DNA from: Patescibacteria group bacterium
Lineage (GTDB): Bacteria > Patescibacteriota > Minisyncoccia > Phycocordibacterales > UBA9973
Assembly: GCA_038061925.1 (NCBI GenBank)
Contig: JBBTYD010000005.1
Coordinates: 13,477 to 77,476, forward strand
Length of the DNA: 64,000 nucleotides
Reading direction: 5' to 3'
Shown: one piece after another, positions 39,336-50,705 of the stretch
Numbering within the stretch: position 1 is the stretch's first letter
How the letters are laid out: each line of letters starts with the position of its first letter
Notes under the pieces: model-generated
What the model was told of the DNA's origin: nothing
Seen by the model: only the letters and a program-made list of their open reading frames with translations
Databases searched by the model: none
Position numbers and translations under genes: made by a program

Positions 39336-40169
39336 CTAGTTTTTTGAGTTTATAGTATCATTTCCTGGATAAAAATTCAGTTTAGCCAGCCCAATCCAGT
39401 CTTGAAGTGATAAATTCTCCGCTCTTTTGTTTCCCAAAGATGTCAAAGTGTCTCTTTGACATACCTCTCTTAGATTAGATGAGAGCTTTTTTCTTTTGTG
39501 CGCAAAACCTGTTTTTACTATTTTCCAAAACTCTTTTTCGTTTATCTTATTGTTTTCAAAAATCCCCCGAGAAATATTTTTTATGGCAATTATGGCCGAA
39601 TTTACCTTTGGCGCCGGAGAGAAATATCTTTTATCAACCTTGGCAACCATTTTTGGCTTTCCATATGCCTTGACGGAAATAGATAAAAGGCTCTCTTTAT
39701 CATCGCGCGCGAGTATTCTTATTGCCACTTCGTGTTGGATCATTAACACCATAAGTTCTGGCTGATGTTTTTCTGTCAGGAACTTTTTCAAAATCCCGCC
39801 AGTAATATTGTAAGGAATATTAGCGATAATTTTATAGGTTCTAGTTTCTAGGTTAGGAGCACTAATATTGAATTTCAAAATATCATCGTGTATTAGCACA
39901 AGAGAACGTTTCTTTATTTCTCTTTCAAATTTAATTTTTAAAAATTCAAAAAGCTCGCGGTCTTTTTCTACAGCTATTACTAGCCCTTGTTTTGCCCCGG
40001 CGAAATGAATGTTTTCTAAAAGCTTGGATGTCAGCGCGCCTTTTCCTGGTCCAATTTCTAAAATTATATCATCGGGTTTTATTTCTCCCGCTTCAATTAT
40101 TTTTCGGAGAACAATTTCCGATTTTAAAAAATTTTGCCCAAGTGATTTTTTCGGTCTCATATGGGTCAT
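39336..40169 (-). CDS. rsmA: 16S rRNA m6,2A dimethyltransferase KsgA/RsmA
   Basis: KKSLGQNFL, LEIGPGKGALT, ANIPYNIT, FSPAPKVNSA. Confidence 0.97.
   Translation of the reverse strand: MTHMRPKKSLGQNFLKSEIVLRKIIEAGEIKPDDIILEIGPGKGALTSKLLENIHFAGAKQGLVIAVEKDRELFEFLKIKFEREIKKRSLVLIHDDILKFNISAPNLETRTYKIIANIPYNITGGILKKFLTEKHQPELMVLMIQHEVAIRILARDDKESLLSISVKAYGKPKMVAKVDKRYFSPAPKVNSAIIAIKNISRGIFENNKINEKEFWKIVKTGFAHKRKKLSSNLREVCQRDTLTSLGNKRAENLSLQDWIGLAKLNFYPGNDTINSKN
39440..39462. repeat. hairpin element (9-bp stem, 5-nt loop) in frame within rsmA
   Basis: atgtcaaag-tgtct-ctttgacat, encodes VCQRDTLTS. Confidence 0.55.
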
Positions 40170-42250
40170 ATATAAATGGTTTTTATTCTATATTTTTCGC
40201 CTTCTTTTTCTAATAAATCCGCTCTTATATCCGAAATAAATTCTGCTGGAGCATTTATCTGACGTGCCCCAAAGATGGTGCGAAAATTCGCGAACGATAA
40301 AAATAATTTTTCTTTAGCCCGAGTGACGGCTACATAAAAAAGCCTGCGTTCTTCTTCTCTGTCAATCTCCCCTTCTTCATCATATTTTTGGTGCGGAAAA
40401 AGTCCATCTTCCAATCCTGTTATAAAAATATATTTGAATTCAAGTCCTTTAGAGGCGTGAACAGTCATTAATTTTACTGTTCCAGTTTTCTGGTTCCCTT
40501 TTTTTGTCTCGTCGAAGTCTGGAGTGGAGGCGGATTGATTAATCATTAGTGAATCTTGATCTGATGCGAGTGAGGCGTCTTCTAAAAGCTTTTCTACGCC
40601 CCGACCATTCTCTAGATTATCATATTTGAGCGCTAGAGTTGCGAGTTCTTTTATGTTTTCGAGTCTTTCCATATCTTCGGGAGTACCGAATGAAAGTTCT
40701 TCTTCAATTCCGGATTTTTTTACCACAAATTTTATCACTTCGCTTGTTTTTAAATGATGGATTTTTTCTTTTATCTCTTCTAACGTTTTGTAAAAATTAT
40801 CAATTTTAATTTTCATTTTTATCGGCAAATTTTCTAGATCATTCCCAAAAATTTTAACCAAAGTAACCTTACCAATACCACGCGCCGGAAAATTTATTAT
40901 TCTTTTTATATCCGAAAAACTATCTCTATTTAAAGCTGCGCGCAAATATGCCAAAGTGTCTTTTATTTCTTTTCTTTCAAAAAATTTAACGCCCAAAACT
41001 TGATATGGGATATTGTATCGGAGCATTGCTTCTTCCAGCGCTCTAGATTGGAAATTAGCGCGGTAAAGAATAGCGATTTCAGATAACAACGAAACGGAGT
41101 CGGAGAAAGTTTTAGAATGGTCTGGCCTCGCGGGGCGAGGAGAACCGAAGACCTGAGAAAACTTTTCTCCGATTTCGTTTCGGTCCAAGATCTCCAAAAT
41201 TTTTGTTGCGACAAAGTCCGCTTCGTCATTTTCGTCCAGAGCTTCATAAAGACCTATTTTTTCGCCGGTTTTATTTTTTGTGAATAAATTTTTATCTGGC
41301 CGGTATTTATTTTTTTTAATTATAATATTGGCGGCTTCTAAAATATTTTTTGTCGATCGGTAATTTTCCTCGAGCAATATTATCTTTGTTTTCGGATAAT
41401 CTTTCTCGAAGCTTAAAATATTTTTTAAATTTGCTCCGCGCCAGGAGTAAATGTTTTGATCCGCGTCTCCCACCGCGCAAATATTTTTTTTATCTTCAGC
41501 CAGCAGGCGAGACATTAAATACTGCACTTCATTTGTGTCTTGATATTCATCGATGTGGATATATTCCCATTTTTCTTGATAAATTTTTCTAATTTCCAGA
41601 TTGTCTTTTAATAATTTTGTCGCTTTAAAAAGCAAATCGTCAAAATCCAGCGAATTTTCTTTCGTTTTTCGTTTTTCATATAAATTCCAAACTTGCGCCA
41701 CGATTTTTGAGAGAGGATTCGCTCCAGCATTTTCTTTTTCCGCATAATCCGCCAAATTTATGAATTTTCCCTTTTCGCGCGAGATGATGTTTTTTATTTT
41801 TTTAGGGTCAAACTGTTTTGGGTCTATTCCGAGTTCTTTCAATATTTCTTTTATCAGTGTTGTCGCATCTCCTTCGTCTAAAATTGTGAAATATTTTGTT
41901 AATCCCAACAATCGAGCATTCTCTTTTATGATATAAACTCCCAAAGAATGAAAAGTGCTGACAAACGGAATAGTGTTTTGACCTTTTGCGTTTTTTTCAA
42001 TTTCTAAAATAATTCTTTCGCGCATTTCCTTGGCTGCTTTATTGGTGAAGGTGACAGCCAAAATACGCTCCGGAGCCACTCCCCTTTTTATTAAATTCAC
42101 TATTCGGTGCGTTATTGTTTTGGTTTTTCCCGCGCCGGCTCCGGCCACAATAAGAAGCGGACCGCTCAAATGAGTGGCCGCTTCTCTTTGTTTTTTATTT
42201 AGTCCCGACAGATGTTCTGTGTCTGTAGTCACTCCTGAAATATAACACAA
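40166..42250 (-). CDS. pcrA: UvrD/PcrA ATP-dependent DNA helicase
   Basis: AGAGAGKT, TFTNKAA, DEYQDTN, VGDADQNIYSWRGA, NYRST, TVHASKGLEF, EERRLFYVAVTRAK. Confidence 0.95.
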   Translation of the reverse strand: MCYISGVTTDTEHLSGLNKKQREAATHLSGPLLIVAGAGAGKTKTITHRIVNLIKRGVAPERILAVTFTNKAAKEMRERIILEIEKNAKGQNTIPFVSTFHSLGVYIIKENARLLGLTKYFTILDEGDATTLIKEILKELGIDPKQFDPKKIKNIISREKGKFINLADYAEKENAGANPLSKIVAQVWNLYEKRKTKENSLDFDDLLFKATKLLKDNLEIRKIYQEKWEYIHIDEYQDTNEVQYLMSRLLAEDKKNICAVGDADQNIYSWRGANLKNILSFEKDYPKTKIILLEENYRSTKNILEAANIIIKKNKYRPDKNLFTKNKTGEKIGLYEALDENDEADFVATKILEILDRNEIGEKFSQVFGSPRPARPDHSKTFSDSVSLLSEIAILYRANFQSRALEEAMLRYNIPYQVLGVKFFERKEIKDTLAYLRAALNRDSFSDIKRIINFPARGIGKVTLVKIFGNDLENLPIKMKIKIDNFYKTLEEIKEKIHHLKTSEVIKFVVKKSGIEEELSFGTPEDMERLENIKELATLALKYDNLENGRGVEKLLEDASLASDQDSLMINQSASTPDFDETKKGNQKTGTVKLMTVHASKGLEFKYIFITGLEDGLFPHQKYDEEGEIDREEERRLFYVAVTRAKEKLFLSFANFRTIFGARQINAPAEFISDIRADLLEKEGEKYRIKTIYI
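41090..41182. repeat. long inverted-repeat element in frame within pcrA
   Basis: Arms cgaaacggagtcggagaaagtttt / aaaacttttctccgatttcgtttcg. Confidence 0.75.
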
Positions 42251-42286
42251 ACTTTTATTTATTCTTACTTTTGGAGTCCCTCAGGA

Positions 42287-43075
42287 TCAGTTGGTACGAA
42301 TTATATTGAATCCGTCTTCGCCTTCCCCAGTGATCTTTGTTCCTTTTTGTTTTTGCAGTTTCTCTTTTCGTGCTTTTTTCTCTGTTTCCAATCTTTCCTT
42401 ATTTTCCTTTTGTATTTCCATATTAGCTTTAGGACGAAGGTTTTGAATGTGAACATTATGAATTGACGCTTCATCGGCTGTTATTGGTTCTCCTTTTGTT
42501 AATTTTGCCTCTATTCCTGCGATGATTTCTTCATAAGTCTCCACTCTAGTTTTTGGTGGAATAGTAGGCGCGGAATTTGTTGCTTTGAATTCCGCTAATT
42601 GATTACTAAAGGCTGTTTCTTTTTCCGCTAATTTTTTTTCATATTCTGATTGCAATTTAGCTCTTATTTGTTCAACAGTCAGAGGTTCATTAGCTAATTT
42701 TTTTGCTTCTGCAGATAAATTTGTTGCCGGAGATGTGTAAGTGCCTGTTTTTTTATTAACGTCAACTTTCTGCTCAATTTTTTTTCCTGTCGGAGTATGG
42801 CTGTCCCACCAACCCAATTTTTTTCCACCTTTATAACCGCCAAAGATTCCAAGTCCAGCCGCCAATGCTCCGATTGTGGCTCGGACTCTATTTTTTGTAA
42901 AAAAGGATGATCCATTATAAGTTTTTTCAAATGATTTTTGGGCTTCACTTGTATGAGAGTTAGGAACATCAATCGGGATTAGATACCCTTCTCTATCCCT
43001 GCGCTCTGGCGGTGTTGGTGGTAAAGGTATTTTTATTGTTTCTTTTTTGGGATTTTGTGACGGTTGTGATTCCAT
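42287..43075 (-). CDS. hypothetical single-TM protein with coiled coils
   Basis: 262-aa ORF with one hydrophobic/Gly-rich segment; no recognised family. Confidence 0.6.
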   Translation of the reverse strand: MESQPSQNPKKETIKIPLPPTPPERRDREGYLIPIDVPNSHTSEAQKSFEKTYNGSSFFTKNRVRATIGALAAGLGIFGGYKGGKKLGWWDSHTPTGKKIEQKVDVNKKTGTYTSPATNLSAEAKKLANEPLTVEQIRAKLQSEYEKKLAEKETAFSNQLAEFKATNSAPTIPPKTRVETYEEIIAGIEAKLTKGEPITADEASIHNVHIQNLRPKANMEIQKENKERLETEKKARKEKLQKQKGTKITGEGEDGFNIIRTN

Positions 43076-43130
43076 ATTGCTTTAATTATATGTTTTTGGG
43101 TTCAATTTAGCAATACTTGGGTCTATTTAG

Positions 43131-43290
43131 TTATCCACACTATTATTGACTTTTGACCTATTTTGGGATACATTAAGAATGTAGTTCTGAGTAGAGGTGT
43201 TGTACTAAATGGCTGAACGACAGAGATGATAGTAACCATTGCGAGAATCTTTTGTTTGCAGTACTATTTTGGTCGTCCTGTAATTCTACC
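43131..43290 (+). promoter_or_regulatory. DnaA box, promoter and structured 5' leader of the LysM/M23 gene
   Basis: TTATCCACA at 43131-43139; TTGACT..TACATT; long irregular hairpin at 43191-43289. Confidence 0.45.
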
Positions 43291-43417
43291 TTTATTTTGT
43301 AATGTTTAACATAAAGGTCGGAAAGGAATTCTTGCGATATCCATTTGTTTTATAAAACCACTATTTAAAATATTCAACTCTTTTTCGGTCTTTTTCCTGC
43401 TGTCCGGGGCGTTTTTT

Positions 43418-44500
43418 TTGTCGTCTATGCCTCTGCCGGCGCAAGCGGGATTTTTCTCTTCAATTTTTGGCGATGATGCTTACGCGCAGGCAGATAAAGC
43501 GAATTCGACTTCACCCAGTAAGAATTCACAGACTATGGATCTCCTTCAGGCCAACGTCTCCTCTGCTTCAGTCTTGCAAGATAAGAACAATAATAAAGAC
43601 GATAAACAGAAAGACGCCAAGCAAGACAACTTAATTGACACAAATGTAAATGTGAACATAGTCTCAGATAATGCCATTCTTTCCGCAAGTGGCCCCTTGG
43701 GCGTATCCGATGGCGCGAATGCCCCAGATTCTTCTTCTCTTCAAACAAGCGTATATGTGGTAAAAAAGGGAGATTCTATCTCCCAAATAGCTCAAATGTT
43801 TGGTGTCTCTGTAAACACTATTCTCTGGGCCAACGATATGAAAAAAAGGGACAAACTCAAAGAGGGGGATGTCCTTTTTATTTTGCCTGTTTCTGGACTG
43901 GAACACACTGTTACTAAAGGTCAAACTCTACAAAGTATCGCAAAACTTTATAAAGTGGATGTAAATGACATTATTCAAAATAATAATATTACGGAAGACG
44001 CTAAACTTGCTATTGGTGACACGCTTATTATTCAAAATGCTGAAAAATCTGAAGAAAGTGATAAACCAATTAAGAATCTAAGCGCCAGTATTGCAAAAGA
44101 TAAACTTTATTACGAGCAATATCCTACCCAGAATCTGGCGGGATATTTTATTAACCCTGTGCCTGGGTATAGATTGAGCCAGGGTATTCATGGTAAAAAC
44201 GGGGTGGATCTCGCGATAGCCAAAGGCACTCCGATTCGTGTAGCTGCGAGTGGTCGGGTTATTCTCGCCAGAAATGGGTACAATGGCGGTTTTGGAAATA
44301 TGGTGATTGTTTCTCATCCGAATGGCACAGAAACTCTATACGCTCATCAATCTAAAATAGCCACTTCTGCTGGCGCAGATGTCTCTCAGGGCCAAGTAAT
44401 CGGTTACGTGGGTTCTACTGGACGTTCCACTGGTCCGCACTTGCATTTTGAAGTTCATGGAGCGAGAAATCCCGGAGCGGACGGATCTTGGGCAAATTAA
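43418..44500 (+). CDS. LysM-domain M23 family peptidoglycan peptidase (true start probably upstream)
   Basis: Two LysM repeats (YVVKKGDSISQIA, HTVTKGQTLQSIA); H..NGVD, YAH, GSTGRSTGPHLHFE. Confidence 0.93.
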   Translation: MSSMPLPAQAGFFSSIFGDDAYAQADKANSTSPSKNSQTMDLLQANVSSASVLQDKNNNKDDKQKDAKQDNLIDTNVNVNIVSDNAILSASGPLGVSDGANAPDSSSLQTSVYVVKKGDSISQIAQMFGVSVNTILWANDMKKRDKLKEGDVLFILPVSGLEHTVTKGQTLQSIAKLYKVDVNDIIQNNNITEDAKLAIGDTLIIQNAEKSEESDKPIKNLSASIAKDKLYYEQYPTQNLAGYFINPVPGYRLSQGIHGKNGVDLAIAKGTPIRVAASGRVILARNGYNGGFGNMVIVSHPNGTETLYAHQSKIATSAGADVSQGQVIGYVGSTGRSTGPHLHFEVHGARNPGADGSWAN

Positions 44501-44535
44501 AAATTTAAAAAATTCTTCGGAACGCAACAGTAATT

Positions 44536-45275
44536 TTATACTCCTCTAAAATGAATTGCCCCGTATAAAACTGCAATACCCAAGACGGTGGCAAAAGTAG
44601 TCCAGGCGGTAGGATGACTATGATGGCTCTCTGGCAATAAGTCCGACGCTCCGATATATAAGAAAAATCCGGCAAATGCAGCCAGAATTATTCCTAGGAT
44701 TGATTCAGGCACGGAAAAAAATAAAGTGGAGATAACGCCCAAAACTGGAGCGAGTGCGTCTACGAGCAACCACTTGAACGCTTGCGCGCGAGTACCAGAA
44801 TTTTTTAGAATCAAGTTCACAGTATTTATACCATCAGAGAAATCATGCACCAAGACTGCTACTGCGACTATAGACCCGACTGCTATCGATACCTGAAACG
44901 CCAGTCCTATTGCTGCTCCATCCAAAAAACTATGCACCGAGAGACTTCCTGCTCCTAATATTCCCCGGTTATTTACATGTTGCGCAATTTCTTCGCCATG
45001 TTTATGTTCATCTTCGCCATGTGAGTGAAAAAAAACAAATCTGTCTAAAATAGTATAGACGATGAATCCAAGCGCCGTGATTGAAGTGATAAAAGAAATT
45101 TCATAATTTTTACTGCCTAATTCTATCGCTTCTGGTAATAAGTCAAAAAATGCCACGCCGATAATTGCGCCAGCCGAAAATCCCAAGACCAAATGTAATT
45201 TATCTTTAAATTTTAAAGCAAAAACACCACCCAAAAAGGTGGACACCATTGCTCCTAAACTTATTAGTATAATCA
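44536..45275 (-). CDS. ZIP family metal transporter
   Basis: GFSAGA, LLPEA, His-rich loop, HSFLDG, HDFSDG, DLLPESH; start approximate. Confidence 0.9.
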
Positions 45276-45317
45276 TAACTTCTTTATTGTAACAAATCGA
45301 AGCTATTTTCAAAAGAA

Positions 45318-47492
45318 TTACTTTCGAGTGGCAATAATGGTTTCCGCCACATTATTAGGCACGACATCATAACGGAAAAATTCCATCGTAAAACTTGCCC
45401 GGCCTTCGGTCATCGAACGAAGTCCGGTCATATATCCAAACATTTCAGAAAGAGGCACGAGGGCGCGAATAACTTTATTCATTCCTCTATCTTCCATTCC
45501 TTCAATCAGCGCTCTCTTAGAAGAAAGATTCCCGGTGACGTCTCCCATAAATTTATCCGGAGTGATCACTTCCACTTTCATCATCGGCTCGAGGATCACC
45601 GGATTGGCTCTGCGACATGCGTCTTGCACCGCCATCGATGAGGCAATTTTGAACGCCATTTCGTTTGAGTCAACTTCATGATAACTTCCATCCCAAAGCT
45701 CCACTGAGACATTTACTATTTTAAATCCAGCCAACACTCCCCTGTCTAATCCTTCCTTGAATCCTTTTTCACAAGGTGCGATATATTCTTGCGGAATTAC
45801 CCCTCCTTTAATAGTGTTCACAAACTCAAATCCGGTAGATCTCTTGGTATTTTTAGGCAAGTCTTCCAACTCTTCTTTCGTTAACACTTCCATCGGTTTG
45901 ACTCTTATTTTCACGTGTCCGTAGTTTCCGCGTCCGCCCGACTGCTTGATATATTTTCCTTCTGCTTCTGCGTTGCCACTAATCGTCTCTCGATAAGCCA
46001 CTTGGGGCTTGCCGACATTTGCTTCCACGGTAAATTCACGTTTCATTCGGTCCACAATAATTTCCAAATGTAATTCTCCCATACCAGCGATGATCGTTTC
46101 CCCTGTTTCTTGATCGGTGCTTACTTTAAAAGTAGGGTCTTCTTGAGCAAGCCTATTTAAAGCCATTCCCATTTTTTCTTGATCCGCTTTTGTCTTTGGT
46201 TCGATGCGAAGCGATATAACTGGTTCCGGAAAAACAATTCTGTCTAGAATGATTGGATTGTTTTCGTCGCAAATAGTGTCTGAAGTTATTGTGTCCTTCA
46301 GACCCACCGCAGCGGCTATTTCTCCGGCAAAAACTTTCTTTACTTCTTCTCGGTCGTTCGCATGCATTCTCAAAATTCGGCCAATGCGTTCTTTGTTGCG
46401 CGTGCGCGGATTATAGATATAACTGCCAGCGGTCAATGTTCCAGAATAGACGCGGAAGAAAATAAGTTGACCAACAAACGGGTCGGTTGCGACCTTGAAA
46501 GCAAGCGCGGAAAAAGGTTCAACGTCCGAGGCGTTTCGAGTAATCACTGCATCATCATTGTTCGGATCAATGCCTGAGATTGCGCGAATATCGGTGGGAG
46601 CTGGCAGATAGTCTATGACTGCGTCGAGCACTAGCTGAACGCCTTTATTTTTTAAAGCAGAACCGGCAAAAACTGGAAAAATTTTATTTGCGATAACGGC
46701 CTGACGAAGAATTTTCTTTAACACCTCAAAACTAGGGATCATTCCTTCCAGGTATTCTGTCATTATAATTTCGTCTGTTTCAACTATTTTTTCAATTAAT
46801 TTGGAATGGTATTTCTTTGCATCAGCCAACAAACTTTCAGGGATCTCTTTTTCAATAACTTGATTACCCATTTCTCCCTCAAAATAGTATGCCTTCATCC
46901 GAAGCAAATCGATAACTCCTTCAAACTTTTCTTCCAAACCGATGGGGATTTGCGCTCGCACAGCCTTCTTGCTCAGTCTATCTAAAATAGTCGTGTATGA
47001 ATGTTCAAAATCAGCGCCAGTTCTGTCTAATTTGTTTATAAAACAAATCCGAGGAACTTTCGCCTCATCCGCATAACGCCAGTTTGTTTCAGACTGAGGT
47101 TCCACGCCAGCCACTCCATCAAAAACAACCACGGCGCCATCCAAAACACGCAAAGAGCGTTTTACTTCTACTGTAAAATCAATGTGCCCAGGAGTATCTA
47201 TAATATTAAAACGGTGCTTGAACTTGGATTTTGCATCCGCCTTCGCTAAGGCTTCGGCGGACACGTAGGTGGGTGTCCAAAAACATGTCACTGCGGCGGC
47301 GGTAATTGTAATTCCACGTTCTTTCTCTTGCTCCATCCAGTCCGTCGTTGTGTTTCCTTCATGCACTTCACCAATTTTATGTGATACCCCGGTATAAAAA
47401 AGAACCCGTTCAGTGGTGGTCGTTTTACCTGCGTCAATATGCGCGATAATTCCAAAATTTCTAACTTTTTCCAGAGGATAATCTCGTTCCAT
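45318..47492 (-). CDS. fusA: elongation factor G
   Basis: [33 protein letters not shown]. Confidence 0.99.
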   Translation of the reverse strand: MERDYPLEKVRNFGIIAHIDAGKTTTTERVLFYTGVSHKIGEVHEGNTTTDWMEQEKERGITITAAAVTCFWTPTYVSAEALAKADAKSKFKHRFNIIDTPGHIDFTVEVKRSLRVLDGAVVVFDGVAGVEPQSETNWRYADEAKVPRICFINKLDRTGADFEHSYTTILDRLSKKAVRAQIPIGLEEKFEGVIDLLRMKAYYFEGEMGNQVIEKEIPESLLADAKKYHSKLIEKIVETDEIIMTEYLEGMIPSFEVLKKILRQAVIANKIFPVFAGSALKNKGVQLVLDAVIDYLPAPTDIRAISGIDPNNDDAVITRNASDVEPFSALAFKVATDPFVGQLIFFRVYSGTLTAGSYIYNPRTRNKERIGRILRMHANDREEVKKVFAGEIAAAVGLKDTITSDTICDENNPIILDRIVFPEPVISLRIEPKTKADQEKMGMALNRLAQEDPTFKVSTDQETGETIIAGMGELHLEIIVDRMKREFTVEANVGKPQVAYRETISGNAEAEGKYIKQSGGRGNYGHVKIRVKPMEVLTKEELEDLPKNTKRSTGFEFVNTIKGGVIPQEYIAPCEKGFKEGLDRGVLAGFKIVNVSVELWDGSYHEVDSNEMAFKIASSMAVQDACRRANPVILEPMMKVEVITPDKFMGDVTGNLSSKRALIEGMEDRGMNKVIRALVPLSEMFGYMTGLRSMTEGRASFTMEFFRYDVVPNNVAETIIATRK
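47236..47261. repeat. palindromic element family A in frame within fusA
   Basis: tccgccttcgctaaggcttcggcgga, encodes SAEALAKAD. Confidence 0.75.
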
Positions 47493-47501
47493 ATAATTTT
47501 T

Positions 47502-47972
47502 CTACCAAGCAAAATGGGCAAAAGCTTTATTAGCCTCGGCCATTTTGTGTGTATCTTCTTTCTTTTTTATGGCGGAACCTTCGTTCTTGGAAGCAGCGAT
47601 CAATTCATCAGCGAGTTTCAAGTGCATCGGCTTGCCCTTACCGCCGCGAGCGGCATCCCGAATCCAGCGCATAGCCAAAGCGAGTCTTCTTTCCGGTCGC
47701 ACTTCAATAGGTATCTGATAGTTGGCGCCTCCGATACGCTTTGAACGGACTTCGGTTGAAGGGCCGGCGTTTTTCATCGCTAAATCAAAAATCTCCAGCG
47801 GATTTGGATTGCCTGTTTTTTCTTTAATCACATCAAAAGTCGCATACATAACCTTTCGAGCAGTTTCTTTTTTTCCAGACCACATAATGTAATTAATAAA
47901 CTTCTCTAATTTTTGAGAATTGTAAATAAAATCAGGCTGGACTATATTTCTTTTTTTAACTTTTCTTCGCAT
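47502..47972 (-). CDS. rpsG: 30S ribosomal protein S7
   Basis: RIGGANYQIP, HKMAEANKAFAHF. Confidence 0.98.
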   Translation of the reverse strand: MRRKVKKRNIVQPDFIYNSQKLEKFINYIMWSGKKETARKVMYATFDVIKEKTGNPNPLEIFDLAMKNAGPSTEVRSKRIGGANYQIPIEVRPERRLALAMRWIRDAARGGKGKPMHLKLADELIAASKNEGSAIKKKEDTHKMAEANKAFAHFAW

Positions 47973-48006
47973 TTTACTTTAGGAACTTTTTAATTTTATA
48001 AACTTT

Positions 48007-48429
48007 TTACTTTTTTGCTTCTTTTGGTTTCTTATTTCCATAAAGCGATCTGCCCTGTTTCCTCTTTTCAACCCCCTGGGTGTCTAAAACTCCCCGCACA
48101 ATATGATACCTTACTCCAATTAGGTCTTTCACTCGTCCCCCGCGAATCAGAACCACCGAGTGTTCTTGCAAATTATGTCCCTCGCCGGGAATATAAGCCG
48201 TAACTTCCATGCCGTTCGTTAATCTAACTCTCGCAATTTTTCGAAGAGCCGAGTTTGGCTTCTTTGGAGTGGTGGTGGAAACTTTTGTGCAAACACCGCG
48301 CTTAAAAGGACTGGAAAAAAATATGGGTCTATTTTTCAGAACGTTAAATCCTCGCGTCAAAGCAACCGTCTTGTCTTTGGGATGGGCTTTAACTCTATTC
48401 TTTTTAATTAATTGGTTGATTGTTGGCAT
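48007..48429 (-). CDS. rpsL: 30S ribosomal protein S12
   Basis: [24 protein letters not shown]. Confidence 0.98.
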   Translation of the reverse strand: MPTINQLIKKNRVKAHPKDKTVALTRGFNVLKNRPIFFSSPFKRGVCTKVSTTTPKKPNSALRKIARVRLTNGMEVTAYIPGEGHNLQEHSVVLIRGGRVKDLIGVRYHIVRGVLDTQGVEKRKQGRSLYGNKKPKEAKK

Positions 48430-48505
48430 CAAACTTGATTCAAATTTAACTATCCAAATAAAATAGCACCCAATAAGACATAGGCACTATGAGCATAATA
48501 TACTA

Positions 48506-49135
48506 TTAAATAAAGTAAAACGCAAGACCCGTAAGAAGATGAAAAAGAAATATCAATATAGGCGTTAAATAGCTGGAAAAGAAAACAATAAAAATTAATA
48601 GTAAAATTAGCGAGTATTGCTCATAAGCGAGAATAAAAGAAAAAGCTGATTTGGGTAAAAAAGAAAAAAGTATTTTAGAACCATCCAGAGGCGGGATTGG
48701 AATCAGGTTGAATATTCCCAAAGCAAGATTTACCATAACGATTATAGAGGTTATAAAATAAAAACCAGTTGGCAAAGAGAGACCGGAAGTAAAACGAATG
48801 ATGATTCCAAATATAATAGCTATTCCTATATTCGCTAGAATTCCAGCCGAGGCCACGGCTATCGTTCCTCGCTTTTTATCACTCAAATTATTCGGATTAT
48901 ACGGCACTGGTTTTGCCCAACCAAACAAAAAAGGAGAATGTGTTAAAACCAAAAGTATCGGCAAAAGAACCGAGCCGAAAAAATCTAGGTGCGCCAGCGG
49001 GTTCAGAGTCAGACGACCGGCGTGACGCGCAGTTTTGTCGCCGAAACGTTCAGCCACAAAACCGTGTGAAATTTCGTGAATCACGACGGACATAATTAAT
49101 ATGACTATATAGAAAACAGCGTCTTTTGCTTGCAT
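48506..49135 (-). CDS. site-2 protease (M50) family protein
   Basis: HEISHG, NLIPIPPLDG. Confidence 0.93.
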   Translation of the reverse strand: MQAKDAVFYIVILIMSVVIHEISHGFVAERFGDKTARHAGRLTLNPLAHLDFFGSVLLPILLVLTHSPFLFGWAKPVPYNPNNLSDKKRGTIAVASAGILANIGIAIIFGIIIRFTSGLSLPTGFYFITSIIVMVNLALGIFNLIPIPPLDGSKILFSFLPKSAFSFILAYEQYSLILLLIFIVFFSSYLTPILIFLFHLLTGLAFYFI

Positions 49136-49167
49136 AATGTTGTCTGTAATGATAGCATAAAAAAATC

Positions 49168-49416
49168 ATGACGAAAATATGCGCGATAACAAAAAAAGGT
49201 TCAATTATGGGAGGCGGATATTCCAACCGAACTCGCGCCACCCAATTCAATCCGACTGGCAAAGTGCGAAAACATCTCAATCTTCAAAAGAAGAGAATTT
49301 TTATTCCGGAAATCAACAAATTTTTAAACATAGAAGTTTCTGTGCAAGGTATGCGCACAATGAAAAAGAATGGCGTCTATGCCACTCTACTTAAAGCTGG
49401 ATTAATAAAATCCTAA
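49168..49416 (+). CDS. rpmB: 50S ribosomal protein L28
   Basis: MTKICAITKK, NLQKKRIFIPE, VSVQGMRTM. Confidence 0.88.
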   Translation: MTKICAITKKGSIMGGGYSNRTRATQFNPTGKVRKHLNLQKKRIFIPEINKFLNIEVSVQGMRTMKKNGVYATLLKAGLIKS

Positions 49417-50486
49417 GCTGGAATAAAAGTGAGTGCGGTGCCTTTCTTGCCGGAACGGCCGGTTCGGCCGATGCGGTGCACATAGGTGTCGTAAGTTTGT
49501 GGCACATCATAATTTATAACGTGCGTAACATCTGGAATGTCTAATCCCCTGGCGGCCACATCGGTTGCAATTAATATCATGATGTGATCTTTTTTAAATG
49601 ATTCGAGTATCCGAATGCGTTCTCGGCTTCTCTTGTTGCCATGAATGCCGCCGACTTTAAATCCGAGCGCGTGCAATTCTTTAGCCAAAGAGTCCACACT
49701 GTGTTTCATCTCGCGGAAAATTAAAATTTTATTTGAACCATCTTTTTTTAAAACTTCACGTAGTTTTTCTAATTTTTCTTCCTTGTTCCTTACCCGAATC
49801 ACGTCTTGGTCAATATTTTTTGCCGTCTCTCCGGAGATTACCGAAATGAAAACCGGTTCTTTTAAATATTGCTCTGTTAATTTCTTGATATCGGGAGAAA
49901 GAGTCGCAGAGAAGAAAAGCGTCTGGCGTTTTTTGGGAGTTTTACCAATTATATAAATCATATCATCTCGAAATCCCATATCCAACATACGATCCGCCTC
50001 ATCTAGGACTACACTTTGACAGGCAGACAAATCTAAAACTTTTCGATCAATAAGATCTCGAAGGCGTCCGGGTGTGCCGATAACAAACGATACCCCGAGT
50101 TTTATTTCTCTGATTTGTTTCATTATCGGCAGTCCTCCTACGCAAGCCACAGAAAACATTCCGAATCCAAAAGCCAGATTTTTAAAATCGCTTTCTATCT
50201 GGAGCGCAAGTTCTCTGGTCGGCGCCATTATTAAAACCGTTTCTCTTTTAGCTTGCCCTTTAGTTTTTGAAATTTTTTCAATCAGAGGCAAAAGAAAAGC
50301 CGCCGTCTTGCCAGTACCGGTATTAGCCATACCAAAAATATCCTTGCCCAAAAGGATTGTCGGTATGGCTTGATCTTGAATGGGTCTAGGATTTTCAAAT
50401 CCAACCCTTTTGATATTTTTGTGAAGTTGTGGGCTAAAAGGAAAATCCGCAAAGCGATGTCTGGATATGTAGGGTTTTTCCTCCAC
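49413..50486 (-). CDS. DEAD-box RNA helicase
   Basis: Q motif, [36 protein letters not shown]. Confidence 0.96.
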   Translation of the reverse strand: MEEKPYISRHRFADFPFSPQLHKNIKRVGFENPRPIQDQAIPTILLGKDIFGMANTGTGKTAAFLLPLIEKISKTKGQAKRETVLIMAPTRELALQIESDFKNLAFGFGMFSVACVGGLPIMKQIREIKLGVSFVIGTPGRLRDLIDRKVLDLSACQSVVLDEADRMLDMGFRDDMIYIIGKTPKKRQTLFFSATLSPDIKKLTEQYLKEPVFISVISGETAKNIDQDVIRVRNKEEKLEKLREVLKKDGSNKILIFREMKHSVDSLAKELHALGFKVGGIHGNKRSRERIRILESFKKDHIMILIATDVAARGLDIPDVTHVINYDVPQTYDTYVHRIGRTGRSGKKGTALTFIPA

Positions 50487-50705
50487 CTGAATACCCTTTT
50501 TGATAAAACGAGAAAAATCAATCCGTTCACCTCTTCGGACTGGTTTTTTAAAGTTCCTATTTCTTTTTCGTGCAAAACTTTGTGCAAAGCGAGAATGAGA
50601 ACTTTTATTGAGTTTTCTGTAAACGTAAGTTATAATTTAAGTATAGCATTTTGTAAAAAGTTTGTCAATGTTTTATTAATCTTCCAAAAAACATATAATG
50701 AAAAT

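Noticed and set aside
43430-43450. GC-rich ctgccggcgcaagcggg as another palindromic insert
   Set aside because: Better explained as the AQA-G signal peptidase site; the pairing is weak.
50370-50705. 112-aa N-terminal extension of ThyA
   Set aside because: It overlaps the divergent DEAD-box gene; a TATAAT-preceded ATG at 50706 fits the normal ThyA length.
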